From positions 64,001-128,000 of IMG/VR virus record IMGVR_UViG_2061766007_001346: a DNA stretch of 64,000 bases; one strand, written 5' to 3'. Shown here piece after piece: positions 12,638 through 26,115 of the stretch. The stretch comes from a virus (lineage: Duplodnaviria; Caudoviricetes). The notes under the pieces are model-generated. The model searched no databases. It saw only the letters and a program-made list of their open reading frames with translations, and was not told the origin of the DNA. The position numbers and the translations under genes were made by a program. Positions within the stretch are counted from its first letter, which is position 1. Each line of letters starts with the position of its first letter.

Positions 12638-13678
12638 CTATATAGATTGTTGTTCAAAGTATGCTTCTTCTGCGAAACTATTTGTTCCAGAGCAACTGAC
12701 AACCAAACTAAAATCATCTGCAATAGCCCCATTATAAGTTAACTGGGCTTTAGTATGATCGGCAAAGTTCGCTGCATTAAGACCCCAATAAACAGTCTGG
12801 TGAGCACCAAGACTCAGTGATTGGTTAGTCATTAATACTTGTTCTACTTGTCCATTATCTATATTTTGAATAAACACTTCAATTCCATTGTAATATGTGG
12901 TGGTATCACCTCCGACAAATTCAATCTGCCAGCTTTGTTTATTCAACCAACTATTATTGGAATCATTATATCAGTTGATTACTCTTGGTGTAATGGTCAC
13001 GGATGATTGTGATCCACCACCACCAGAACCAGATTGTGTAACAGTTATTGTTGCCGATTCACGACCCTCACTTTCCGAAATATAAATATATCCAGTTCTT
13101 AAAGCACCTGTATTTGCGGCAATCACTACCGAAACATTTGTACGACTTCCAGAACCATTTAAATTGTTTGAATCGACTGTTATCCAAGGGTCAGAACTGA
13201 TAGTTCATTCAAGACGAGAATCGATGGTGAAACTAAACTGTGTAGTTAAACCTGCGGCGGGAGCACTGATTGTATCAGGATTTACAGTAATTGTCACCGG
13301 CAAACTATCCTGATAAACAGTAATTGTTACCGATAGATTGCCATATGTGAACGTTACCGTTCCGGTCCTTGTATCAAAACTATTATTTTCTGCACAGGTT
13401 ATTACACAAGTGTTTCCGTTCGTTCCGCTATTTCGACTCAAAGTAATCCAGGCCCTATTTGAACTAGCTGTCCAAGTTCCAGTACATGTAACCGTTACTG
13501 TTCTAGAACCGCCACTTGCCTGACAACTAAAAGTCGAATTTGGACTTACTTGTAGGTTCTCTACGGGTGCGGTAGAACCCCACACCCGTGTTGAACCATA
13601 ATAAACCGATTTTACTTGACTGTTTCCATATCACATTTCGTTTATGGAACCAGAAATACTATATTTAATATCTCCCAT
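12638..13678 (-). CDS. BACON-domain protein, 346 aa (TGA=Trp)
   Basis: Two BACON-like repeats (WTASSNRAWITLS...ENNSFDTRTGTVTF; *TISSDPWITV...NTGALRTGYI); track ORFs join in frame. Confidence 0.8.
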
Positions 13679-13679
13679 A

Positions 13680-16600
13680 TTAATTTAAAACGAAATAAAG
13701 AGTTCTAGGATCACGACTCTGTGGCAAGGCACTAACTACTTCGATACGGTCAACAATATTACTAACATTATAAACGCTATCTTTTATAGTTGGTGTTTTA
13801 ATAACTTGATAAGTATTACCATTAGTTACATCTTGGAATTGCAATTGTTGCGAACTTAACACCGCGGTATCTATAAATTCATTACCGGTACTTCCTAGCT
13901 CAGAATGTACTTGTACCATGCCTAGTGAAAGTTTTGCATAATTTTCTAAGTTAAACATGGTATCTACACCAAGATCGTTTCTAATTTCATCTGGTGAGAG
14001 TGTTGATTTTTGAGTTCATGTGCTAGTCCCACCATCGCCGTTACTTCCAACTGTAACTGCTGTTGTAGTAATGCCACCTTCGCTACCAATAGTTAATACA
14101 CCGTCAATTGTACCACTTTCTGCATGAATTGTACCAGTAATTTCAGCATCGTCGGAGACAAGTTTACCAGTATTATCAACAGTAAATGGAGCGGTAGTTA
14201 GATCTCCCGGAGTTTCTGGTTCACCAGCCCAGATACGAACGTTGCCAACGGTATTTGCACCAGAAGCAGAAGCAACATCTGCACTAGATGCCATACCAGC
14301 AACAACAGCGTTTCCATCGGTGATAATAACCTGTTTTGCGGAAAGTTGATTGATATATGCGGAATTAGCCAGCATTGTTTCAAACCAACTATCGCTTTGA
14401 GGAGTATATGTTTCCCAATGACTAGGATCTGAAGCAGGACTTGCGGGCTTATTATTCGAACAAGTTACATCAGCCTTACATTTATAATAAGAAGTCGTTT
14501 GTCCAGAAACATATCTTACAACATCGAGACAATATATACCGTTAACAGCAGTCGTTCCACTAGAGTACTCGTTCTGAGGATCGGTCCAATCGGAAACTCT
14601 TACAACCTTACCGTCAAGATATTGATATGTTACCACAGTTTCACCGGGCTCACCCTGTTTACCAGGATAAATTACACCAACAGGTTCTGTATCAGTAACA
14701 GTTTGATTATAACCAACAATCGCCAACACGTTGTTCTTGACAACAGCAGATAGCTTCGTCAGATCGAGTATACCATAACAGCTGTAATCGTCGTAATTAC
14801 GCTGATTATCATCGGAATTATAGAATCGAACTGTGAATACAGCAGATGCTGCATTACCAACCCGATTGCCACTTTCGTCAAAGTATAATGTTGCATCAGA
14901 GACACCAGCGGAAACACTTCCACCATATTCTGTGAAGTTGAATGTACTTCTATCGTTGCCGGACGGTGTGGCGATATAATTCTTAAGATATACTAACTTC
15001 TGAGCACCACCATCAAGAGAGTAGCCAAGAACCATATTTCTTTGTGCATCCAGACTATTCGTGCCCATATAACCAGAAATCATAACCTGATTTGGACTAT
15101 AGTCTGTAGCATCCTCGCCACCCTTCTTAATTGCGGCAGGCATAGTATCAAGAACCGTCACAATCTTTTCTGCAAATACAGGAGAGATCGTTATCGTTTC
15201 AGAACCACTATATCCATCAGCATTAGAAGCGGTGATGGTCAGTACAAGCGTGTCGTCCAATATTGCCGGATCTGTAAACGTAACAGATAGCGAAACACTA
15301 TAGTAGATATGTTCGGAAATATATGCATATGCCGGGCGAATCGTTACTGTACCAGTAGATAATGGAAGCGTAACATAGTTGTTGCTTAACGTCTTAGTAA
15401 GATTTGTATTATTGAATGATACGAAATCTATACCGTTAATTGCAACATTGTCAATTGTACGAAGGGTCCCGCTATTATCGTACATAGCAAGGAATCCAAG
15501 ATTGAACGTGGTCTTCAGCGATGCATTCTCCACTCTATCTACGTTATTAATCATCGTCGGATGATTCTGATTCTCAACGCTTAATGAACAAGCCTTTGTA
15601 ACACGAGGGTCTATACCAGCCCAGAGAACTGCGTCTTGGAAGTCTCCCCATTCGCCACCAGTGCCGTCATCGTGGTATTTACGCTTGGAAGCATAAACGA
15701 ACGGACGAGCGTCGGTAACGCCAGGATTGTTATCGGTTGCCTGCAGACCAGGTTCTACCCAAGCGTTAAGAGCGTTCTTATATTTGCAGTAAGGACGTGC
15801 CTCATCTTGAGTATGATATACTGCAAGATTGATAACGGTTAACTTACCACTATTATTGCTCTGAATTAATCGATGCTGAGCGTCAGTTACAGCAAAGAAT
15901 ACATATTCAAGCCCATCGCCATCTCTACCATTCTCGCCAAACTTACTCCAGATAACAGGCGTGCTGAATGAACCATACACAGGATTATTGGAGGCGTCGT
16001 AGGTGATATCACGCTGAGATACATATTCGTACTTATTGACTGCATCAACACCTTCGGGATTATCTGACCAGAACGAAGACGGCGTAGTAACACTTGCGTT
16101 ATCGCCCGGAATGAAATCCTTATGCTGATTATTTACAACAGTCCTATTAGTATCTCCGGAAACATAGCCCTTCGTCTGATGAATTGCATTGAGTAATTCA
16201 GTAGCGTTAAGCTCGTGATCATACAGATGATATATATATTCTACATAGTCACCGTCTTTACCATCTTCAGCGTAACGATTATATATTTGCGGTTGGGACC
16301 ACTCTCTTAGAGTTGGATTGTCAAGCTTTCTTACGGAAATCCAGCAAGGCATTCCGTTAGCAGGAGTAATAGGGGTATCTTCCCACGTTTCATAAGTAAT
16401 AGTTGCGGGAGTTGTGCTATTATCAACAATACGAACTCTTGGAACAACGTTATACTGATAGTAGTACTCGTTCAGATTCGTAGTTACCGTAGAACCGTCG
16501 GGCAAATCAATAGCACCAACATTAGATGAAGTAGGAGTTGTAGGTCTTGTGGCGCTTAGTATAAAGATTTGCTCCATACCGAAGCCGTCATCACCAGACC

Positions 16601-19600
16601 ATTTTGCCCAAGTGTAATCGGTAATCGTAGAAGAATCTTCTACATTGAAGTCAACATACATACCAACATACTTACCAGGGAATTCACCAATTTGCGTGAA
16701 CGGTTGTGTAACTGGAGTAAATGCGAGACGAACCTGTCCAACACCCATTACCGTACATAAAGCACCGTTAGGAGCTTCGTTAGCAAACTTCTGATGGATG
16801 TAGGAACTTTCACCAGCAGGACCTTGAAGGGGACCAACACATCTCCAACCGTATACAAGACCATTTGCACAGTCATCAACAGCGGGAGTTTCTCCGGTAT
16901 AGACCCACATATCAGTATGGTCGATAATATTGTTACTATCAAATACAGTTACCAAGATGGAAGCACCAACCGTTGCAACAGAATTGAACGCGGCCATATT
17001 GGACTTCCAATTACTGGTTGCTTCAGTACAGCCTTCGTATTCAGTAATAAGGGCGTTTACAGTACCAATAGGAGCAAAGGATGTACCATCCTCACCTCGC
17101 CTACCAGTTTCACCTTTAATCTTAGCATACGTCCAGCCACTCCAAGTACCACCGTTTCTGACAGCCGTTGCCATCCATACAGGGGAAGGAATGTCATTTT
17201 CGTCGCCCCAGACAACATTGCCATCTTTTAATCCAGCGGCAGTTCTAAAGGCAACTTCGTCAACACCACCCAAAGCAGTATCATCAATGTATGCATCGTT
17301 GTTAAGATTAGGGAGCGGGTATGCGGTCTTGGCATTCTCTTCGGCACTGAATTCAATCTGGATTCGAGAAGAGTCGCCCAGCATACAAGGTGAAGACCAG
17401 CCAGTATCAGGAACATCTCCAATCAAGTTGTAGGACATCCAAACTGGAGCAGAACCACTAGGGATACTATCACTCCATTCGACATTAACTGTACTTCCAT
17501 TAATGGTAGTTACAATGTCAGAAGGGTCGGTATCGTTACTTAGTACAGCTGTAGAAAGGTTAATACTTGTTCTTGCAAAAATATATGATGTATAAACGCT
17601 TTCGCCATCTACAACATGTCTGTTTCATAGAACAGGAGTAGAGAATGGTTTCCAAACTTTATTGACACCATCATATTTTCTTATAGAAACGAACTGATAA
17701 GGAGTTGAACTGTTAACATTTAACGGTTCGTCGGTCCAGTTTCTATCCCAACCAGTATCGGACTGCCAGCCTTCCTCGGTTATACCAGTCGTTGCATTAG
17801 GATTGGTTCCACCAGGAATCCAGTCGTTTTCCTGATAGTGAGGCGGTACGACAAATTCATTATCCTCAAAGTCTTCTACAGTAGGAGGATATACAGCGCC
17901 ACCAGTATTGTTAAGAGTAACAGCACGGGTTACGCCGTCAATAGTAACATCGCTTTCTCCAGCGAGTCTATAGATGTATTCGACACCGTCGCCATCAACA
18001 CCGTTTTCTCCCCACATGGACCAGATAAACGGAGTGCAGTAGGCACCCCACTGGCCAGTTTCTCCATCCTTGATACGCATGGACGCACCTTCGATTTCGT
18101 GATCCACATCAATACCCTGAGGGTGATTGTACCAGTGTCCAACAGAATCTTCAGGTTCGGTGCTCGGAGGAATATTAACCTTATCTGCATTAAATGCGGC
18201 TAAATCAGCATATAGTTTGAAGATGAATTCAACGCTATCTCCATCGACACCAGGATTGCCATCTATACCAGAAATACATATAGGCGTTTGCCAATCAGAT
18301 GAGGCAATAACTGTACCATCGGAATCAAATGTAGCAGAAGTCATCCATAATCGACTACCATCGTTTGGATTGTTTTCCGGACTTTCCTTCCAAGGGCTGC
18401 CAGCAGCTAACGTAAGCGTGTTAGTAGATCTATCTCATGCACAACCAGCGGGTTTAGCAGGAACGGCAGGATCACCAGTACCCGGCTTATACCAACGATA
18501 GACAAGGAATGTTCTGGAAGTTACCACATTGAACTGACCGCCAGCAAGATTATCGATACGCGCATTAAGTGCGTCAATACCGGCCTGATAAGTAGCTCTT
18601 GTAACATAGTCGGTCAAATCCTGAATTGTATCGCTGTCAATGAACTCTCCTACATCGGTCCAAGTAGAACCATTGTTATAAGAGATATATAGATGATTTT
18701 GTGCAGGAGTTCCAACACTACCATCACCAATCTTTATCTTCAGCGCAGTAAGATCTGCGGAAGTACCGGAACCACCACCACCAACAGCACCGACTGGTTG
18801 CCAAGAATCTGCAACACCGTTTCGATATGAGATATAAAGATAGTTGTCCTCAATCTTAAGTTTGATATTAAAACCGTTAGCAACTAGATCCTGAAGTGTA
18901 GCGGAAAGATTATTAAGTTCGGTTTTAGTAGCATATGCAGATAAATCCTGATTTCCGCCGCCACCGGTGATAACGATATTTCCACCTTCGGTAATCTTTT
19001 GGCCATTAATCGTAGCCATGTCGGAATCCTTAAGGAAGCGTGCATCAGATTCAGCCTTTGTGTATGCATCCGGAACTTCGGATTTCTTGGCGTAATCGCT
19101 TAGATTTTCTGCAGTAAGATAAGCACCCTTGGTCTGATATCTTAAATCAGATTCAGTCTTGCTGTATGCATCAACAGGAGCGATGCTATTGACGGCAATT
19201 TCCAGTTGACGTAATTTATTATTAATTTGATTTAAATCTATTTCGTAATTGGCGAAAGGAATTTTACCAGCATCAAACAGAATATCGCCTAATTCAACGT
19301 CGGAAATAACTCTATGACCTTCGGCAGTGCTATCGTATGTGGCATGAATAACCTGTCGGTGTCCAAAGTGATAATAACCATCGTCATCGGCCCAGAACGA
19401 GACTCCTGCAAGAGCCAGGTTCATCAAGTCTGAGATGTGAATTAGGTTGTTCCATTCTTCATCGCCTTCGCGTTTCCATTGAATGAAATTAGCAGGTCCT
19501 GATTCTTCGTCAGAACGCTTAGTATTATCGGAATCAACTCTAAGGATAAGAGGTTTGTAATCCTGTGCACGAAGATCGTCTAAATTAATTGGTGCAGGAG

Positions 19601-20027
19601 CACGATTGCTTCTCGTTCTTTCCCAAACGATTGTATTATTAATTCGTTCCGGTCTCCAGGAAGGAGGGGTTAGATCCGTAGTGGCAGCAATACGTTCTCC
19701 GTCAGCATAAAGAATCACCTGTCCGTTGTCGAATCTTGCGGTAATTCTAGGAGTACGTCCAGGAATACCCTGAGCTCCAGTAGCACCATCGTGTCCGGTC
19801 TCACCTTCACTAACAATCTTCATTAAGTTGACCTGATCTTCTATATGAGCTGCAGTAGTAACAAGTTCCTGCACTGCGCACACATAAAGATTTCGGCCAT
19901 CGGTAACAAAGTCTACGTCTGTTCCATTATTATGGTAAGTAGCTCCTTGCTGATACACATAAAAGTTTAGTTTGGGCACAGAAACATTAGGGCTTGATGC
20001 GATATCTCTTGTTGTAGTTTTAATCAT
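13680..20027 (-). CDS. Giant tail/fibre protein, ~2115 aa (3 TGA=Trp)
   Basis: Four track ORFs share one frame; repeated G-x-DG-D-x-VE(Y/F)I(F/Y) / W-x-x-x-P / TPVIW modules and short collagen-like triplets. Confidence 0.85.
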
Positions 20028-20205
20028 AATAGTCTAAAATTTGTTTACGTTCTTTTAAACTTAAAGTATTACTATCTAATAACTCGTAGGCATTCATCAT
20101 ATCTCAGATTTCGCATACCATACCATCGGTAAGTACGTGTCCTACTTGTAAATCTCTCAGGTTCTCTATAAATTTATCATAAATTAACATCAAAAGTCTA
20201 TCCAT
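20020..20205 (-). CDS. Small hypothetical protein, 61 aa (TGA=Trp)
   Basis: MDRLLMLIYDKF...EI*DMMNAY...; fills the gap with overlapping start/stop junctions. Confidence 0.6.
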
Positions 20206-20788
20206 TGCAGCCACAGTTTTTATTATCAAGTAAATCATCACAGATTGAACCACAACTTAAAATTCCTTCGTAGATGTTATGTAATTGTTCAACTTTATCT
20301 TCTTCTGCGAGATGCTCCATTAACCAATTAGCGATGAAGAGAAAATCTCTTTGTGCTTTTAGTTCATCGTTTTTGCAACGCATTGAACCGCAGTTCTTTA
20401 ACATCTCTTGGAATACTTTCATTTGTAAATTTAAGAGACATTTCTTTAATTTACAATTACAGAATATTTCATCTGTATCAAGTTTTGCGTTATTAAATCC
20501 GACAACACCAGATTCAACAGCATCTATAAACTCTTTGACTGTATATGAAACAGAACCAATACGTAAGTTTCCATTCTGAAGTGAGATATCGTTTCCTTCA
20601 ATCATATACAACTTATAGATTCCATCTTTGGATAAGTCGTATTCAAAATCACCTGTTCATTGTACAAATTCCGAAACATCTTTTGTTTCTTCATTCAATA
20701 AAACTTGATACATATTCTGGTTGCCATTCGCCACATCTATAACGAGATGGCAACCATTCATGTATGCAGAAATATCAAATTTAGTCAT
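20198..20788 (-). CDS. Cys-containing structural/neck-region protein, 196 aa (TGA=Trp)
   Basis: ATG overlaps the portal stop; two TGA upstream of track ORF 20198..20611; ends NCGCNG. Confidence 0.7.
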
Positions 20789-23013
20789 TATACATCACGT
20801 ATTTGATTATTATAAGGATTACCGTCTCACATTTGCATAATTTCAGATTGCAATTGTTTCTCTTTCACTCCGATGAGTTTATCATTATAATCCTTCTTAT
20901 CACGAGCCTCTTTCTCTTCGATTTTGACTCTCTGAGCTTCAAGTTCGAGTTTAGCCTGATTATTAGCCTCAACCTGGGATTGCAGACGTTTGATTTCGTT
21001 CTGTAGGTCGGAAATAGTCTTCTGTGCCTGTTTGGCATCAGACTCATACTGTTGCACTTGTTGCTGTAATTGCTCGAGCATATTATTCTCGGCTTTCTTT
21101 TGTCGTATTGCTTTTGTCAGTCTACGACGTAACTGAGTTTCATTTTTTGCAGTTATAATGTCGATTGCCATTTCAACATCAACTTGATTGTTCTTAATAA
21201 GTTCAATATTCAGTTGCTTGGCAGTCTGCATTATTTCATAAGAATCAGAACTATCGGACAGATGGATATCAAAGTCACTCATTGTGAAATGCTCTGGAAG
21301 TGCTGTGAATGTTTTTACTAACTTGTCTCCAAGAATAATTGTACCGGTTAGTCCGTTCTTAAATACGAACTTGGACAGATTAAGTAAATCATAATAGATT
21401 TCTCTCTGCGCCAAATCCATTGCATAGAAGTATTGTTTTGTAATCAAACTGGACTGATGAATTCCCACCTTCACATTTGATGCAGCCTCACGTTCTTGGA
21501 TCTGGCCAAGTTTCTGAGGAAATACTCCAGAAATCGCAGATGCTTGGGCTTCGATAGAATCAATTGCAATCTGGATTGCCTGAATCGCTTGTGCTTTTAA
21601 GGTATCATCATATCCATTAAATGTGGTATTTAACAATTGGGCGCCGTCCTGAGAAGAATCGTATAGTGCCATTCCGTTCTTTTTATATGCCTGCCATTTC
21701 TGTAATCTTTCAGGCAATTCAACCCCTAAGAACGCTGGTAGACTTGCAACATCAATCCAATCTCCGATTGTGCCAGAAGTGGCAATAAGATTATCTCTGC
21801 AGTAAATGAGTAGATTATATTTCTCCTGCAGAGCCATTGTTGAACCTATAAGAGAAAATGGTTGTCCGTTCTTATCATTGAAGAACATGCCGTTTATGTT
21901 CAAACTACAGGAACGAGGATTGTGTTTACTTCGAATATAATAGTCTGGTTCTCCACGAACTACGTATATGTCATCACCTATTTTAACGCCTTCGTGCAAA
22001 ACAGACCTATTCTTTTTTCTATCGAATTCAAGTCATTGACACTCATACACCGGAATAACTTTGTTTCGCCATCTTGTAAAGTATTCCTCTCTATCTCAAA
22101 TCGGATGTGCTTCCAAACCTGCTAAAATACCTGGTTTAAGTCCCGCTTTTGATGATCGTTCTCCGTCGTCCAGGTATGATTCCATTACATTGGGTACTGT
22201 AATATGGGCGACAGATTGATCGTTTCTATTTTGCGTGGAATAGTAACTTTCCAACTTGGATGCAGCATCGTCAGAAAGATCCTCTCCAAATTCTTCAAAA
22301 ATTTCATCTTTTGTAAGCCAGCGACGAATAACAGCACGTCTGGATTTATTAAGAAAGAACTCATTTGAATTACGTTCGATAAACGTGTCTATAGGATTTA
22401 ATACATCAAACCGTAGATTGTCTTTTCCTCCAGATGGTTTCGTCCGCCAGTACATGCAACCTCCGACAAATAAATCCGTCAGAAGTTCTCTTAATTTATT
22501 TTTTACATCAAGATCTCTATTATGCCTTATATATTCTAAGATATTTTGTGCGGCAATTTCGAAATCCGATTCGAAAGAATTTTCAACATCATTCTTAATT
22601 CTTTCCAATTCTTTTTCAACAAACGGATCGTTTATTGGCGCTCTTCCATCTAATAAAATGCCTATTAACGCATTATGAAGATATTTTTGAAGATATTTAT
22701 ATACTTCTGTATCGATTTTTAATTTTTTGTCTCTCTGAATCTTCGCAATAGTCTCATCATCCTTACATGTAACCTGCATGCTCGGATCCATTTCGAGATA
22801 CTCACCAACCAAAACATCAATATGTTTCTTCATTAATGGAATAAACTCAACACTTGTTGGGACGCCAATTCCATAATTCTCTTCTATACTTCTGTATTGC
22901 TCGGCATCTAATTTGCCGTGATAATAATTGTATGCCTTTCGCAACGCTACTTTATCATAAACTAATTCCGCAATACAAAGGTCTATTTTTTCTATTTCTT
23001 GTTTTTTATTCAT
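20788..23013 (-). CDS. Portal protein, 741 aa (TGA=Trp)
   Basis: Follows terL; YNYYHG N-terminus, helical body, Q-rich C-terminal coiled coil; fragments join in frame. Confidence 0.75.
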
Positions 23014-23278
23014 CGTCCCAATCAGTTAAATCGACAAAAGGTTCACGAACTATCTTATAGTAACGAGTCTTTTCCATTTTACGAGTTTTGAATTCGTGAC
23101 GAAGAAACTTTTTAAACTCGGTTTCCGTTCCTTCCATGGCGAATACAGTAGGAGTATATTCTCTATCAAAATATAATAATAACTGCCACATATTGCCATC
23201 GTTCAATATTCGTAACTTACCAATATATTCGTAACCAGTTGTTTCTTTTATTAATTCATAAACCTCTTGCTCTTGCAT
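23006..23278 (-). CDS. Hypothetical protein between terminase and portal
   Basis: 90-aa intact ORF. Confidence 0.7.
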   Translation of the reverse strand: MQEQEVYELIKETTGYEYIGKLRILNDGNMWQLLLYFDREYTPTVFAMEGTETEFKKFLRHEFKTRKMEKTRYYKIVREPFVDLTDWDDE

Positions 23279-23279
23279 A

Positions 23280-25541
23280 CTATAAATAATTTTGTTTACT
23301 TGGGATTACGCCGTGTTTCAAATAACCTCGTTCATCCCTATACCAACCAATATCTTTTCATTGTGATGTAACAGCGTCTACTTTTTTAGGAGTAATTCCG
23401 GACATTGCTTCATCACCAATTTCACATGCCGACATAGCAGCAATTATATCGAACTTTCTTTTATCTTCATATGTATACTTAAGTAACTCATCAAGCATTT
23501 CTGTATAAGATATTGTATAATAATAGTCACTTAAGAATGCAGATATCAATTCCAGTCCATGTTTTATAACCGCTTCTGTTGACGGAATACCAATCAAGCG
23601 TTTCGTAGTTTTTTTCTTATTCTTTGCAGATACTGCATATTCTGGTCTACTCATAAGTAAGCCTTCTTTTTTACGCTCAATCAAAAACTGCTGGAAACTC
23701 ACTTTTGTAAATTCCAGCATACATTGACAGTTATACCACGTGAGTAGTTTTAATGCAATCATGTATGCAACTCTAATATCTCTCGGGCGATCTTTATACA
23801 AAGCAACATACTTCGGTTCTTGATCGCCAAAAACACGTTTCTTAATCACAATGCAGAAATTGGACACATCCGCGTCTTCTGCAGAATTATCTGTACCAAT
23901 ATCGATACTATCTATACCAGCTACATATAAATTCTTTCATACGTTTCCATCCGGATCTCTCTGCGGAGGCTCAATTATCTGAATTTTTGAATCTCCGGAT
24001 GTATAAGCGTTAACTTTAGAATATCGAGGAGCCTCCTTATCCCATTCTAACTGCATGGATGTCACCTTCTCTCCTAGATTTCGAATCTTAATATTCATCA
24101 TCTGTTGAGAGATCAGTTCGGCATCAAAGACGTTCGCACCAGTTTTAGCCAAAGCTTCTTCTGGAACGAAACAGTGCTCAGCACATTCGTCTAAGTACGC
24201 CTTTCCGCTAAGTTTAGAACGTTGTTCCTCGTAATATTTCTTTAATTCCGGCCAATTGGTAACGCCACGATTATCGAGATATTTTTTAGATAATGCAAAT
24301 TTATGGGCGGGTGCAAAGAATGCGGTAAGTTCTGGTTTGCCATCATAAGTGTCATAGTTCTTATAGGGCAATACGTCAAAACCTTTCGGATTGGTAAAAA
24401 GTGTACCTATACCACCAACAGCGACTTCGTCACCACCGGTGCCTAAGAAAATTCTTGTTCCGAAATGTATACCACCCAACTGTGTTAGAGCAGCACCCTG
24501 AATCCACGATTTGATAAGCTGCTTGTTAGAACCAGCTTCCTCATATACGAGTCTATCAACACGATGTCCTCTGATTTTATTTGGATTATCTGCAACAATA
24601 GAGTTAATCTCAGACATTCAACCGAATTCTTGATTATCGCGAGTTACTTTAGACGCACGTTTCGTTTCATTGTTATTGACTTTTTGTCTTACGTGCCTAA
24701 GTCCTCCACACGTATTCATATTCAATCAGTCCAACTGCAACCAGCATTTATCACGCAGCGGCTGTAATTTATCGTCAGCTTCACAAGTAAGAAGTATCTT
24801 ATACGAACTGTTGGTCGTGTAGGGTCTGACAGACATCGCAGCAGTCATCTCTGATCAACCAGTACCTCTAGCCTTTAAAGCACCGACATCCATGTGTAAC
24901 CGTTCGCCCATCTCCACATAATGAAACCATTCGTATTGTTTGGCAAGAAACGAGGGAAAGTTCTCCACACGACCTTCACCAGCGATTCTATCCTCTGGAA
25001 TGGTTTGCATTCTATAGTAGTTGATAAAATAATAATTATCCCCTGTTATTCTGTATTTTCCAACAGTATAACCGTTTACCATCTTATCAATTTCCGCGAA
25101 TCAAAAATCTCTATATGGTTTAGTTCCTTCAGGAAAATCTGTATATTTTCCGTTTGAATTATAGATTGCCGCCATTTCTGTAAACGGCGTTGGGTCGAAA
25201 TCCAATCCTTTCTCCATAGTGATAGGCCGATAACCTGTCAATTCGTATGATAACTCTGGATCAAAATACTGAATCTCTTCGGTAATTGGTACATCCCATT
25301 CTTCATTAGGTCTTTCGTGATGTACAAATGGACCAGCATAATTTGTTTCTTCTAAACCAATAGTTGAATCATCTACATAATTTTCTAATTTCTGTTTTTT
25401 GTCTTCAAAAAGCTGTTTAATTAACTCTTCTTCGTAGGTAGTATCGAACTTCGGGAGGGCTTTCTTGCGTTTTTCCTCTTGTTCCTCCAGAACGGTCTTT
25501 ACTATTTTTTTCCTCGTACCTGTAACTTTATCAATAGCCAT
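23280..25541 (-). CDS. terL: Terminase large subunit, 753 aa (TGA=Trp)
   Basis: Walker A LKARGTG*S (TGA at the aromatic position), Walker B LVYEEAG, GTGG, nuclease YVAGIDSID and C-terminal KFDIIAA. Confidence 0.9.
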
Positions 25542-25542
25542 A

Positions 25543-26115
25543 TTAGTCCAACATTCCTAAGGAAACTCCACCACGCACAGCAGCTTCTGCTTCCATACTA
25601 GTTTTATGTAACTCTTCAAGAGTCTTCAATTCAGTTCTTATTTTACTAATACTTGTTAAGTCAGCAATTACGTCTTTTGGTTTATAGATTGGTTTTCCAT
25701 CAGCGTCAACTTCACTGAAATCGATATTATCCAGATGGATTCTCATCTTATAAATCGTATTATACGCTGTCTTAATTAGTGCCAATATAGGATCTTCTTC
25801 CTGAATCTCCCTATATTTTCTAAATGCTGCAAGAAAAACGTCGTCTTCTAAATCTGCTTCCGTTAAACCGGAATCAGCTAAAGCAGCTTCGTGTTTATCT
25901 TTTTCAAGATACTTAAAATAAGGACTTTTGAAATCAAGAACCAAATAAATGTAAGTCAGTTCCTTATAGGCGCGAATTCGCAGCTCGCCTTTTTTATCCT
26001 CCTTACATTTATTTCTTTCTGGTTCTCATAATTTTGCGAATTCCTTAACTAATAATATGCTATAATCGTCTATTCGAAGAGAGTTTGTTGTATTATCGAA
26101 TATAAAGATTTGCAT
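25543..26115 (-). CDS. Conserved protein upstream of terL, possible terminase small subunit, 190 aa (TGA=Trp)
   Basis: MQIFIFDN...EFAKL*EPERNK extends track ORF; function inferred from position. Confidence 0.6.
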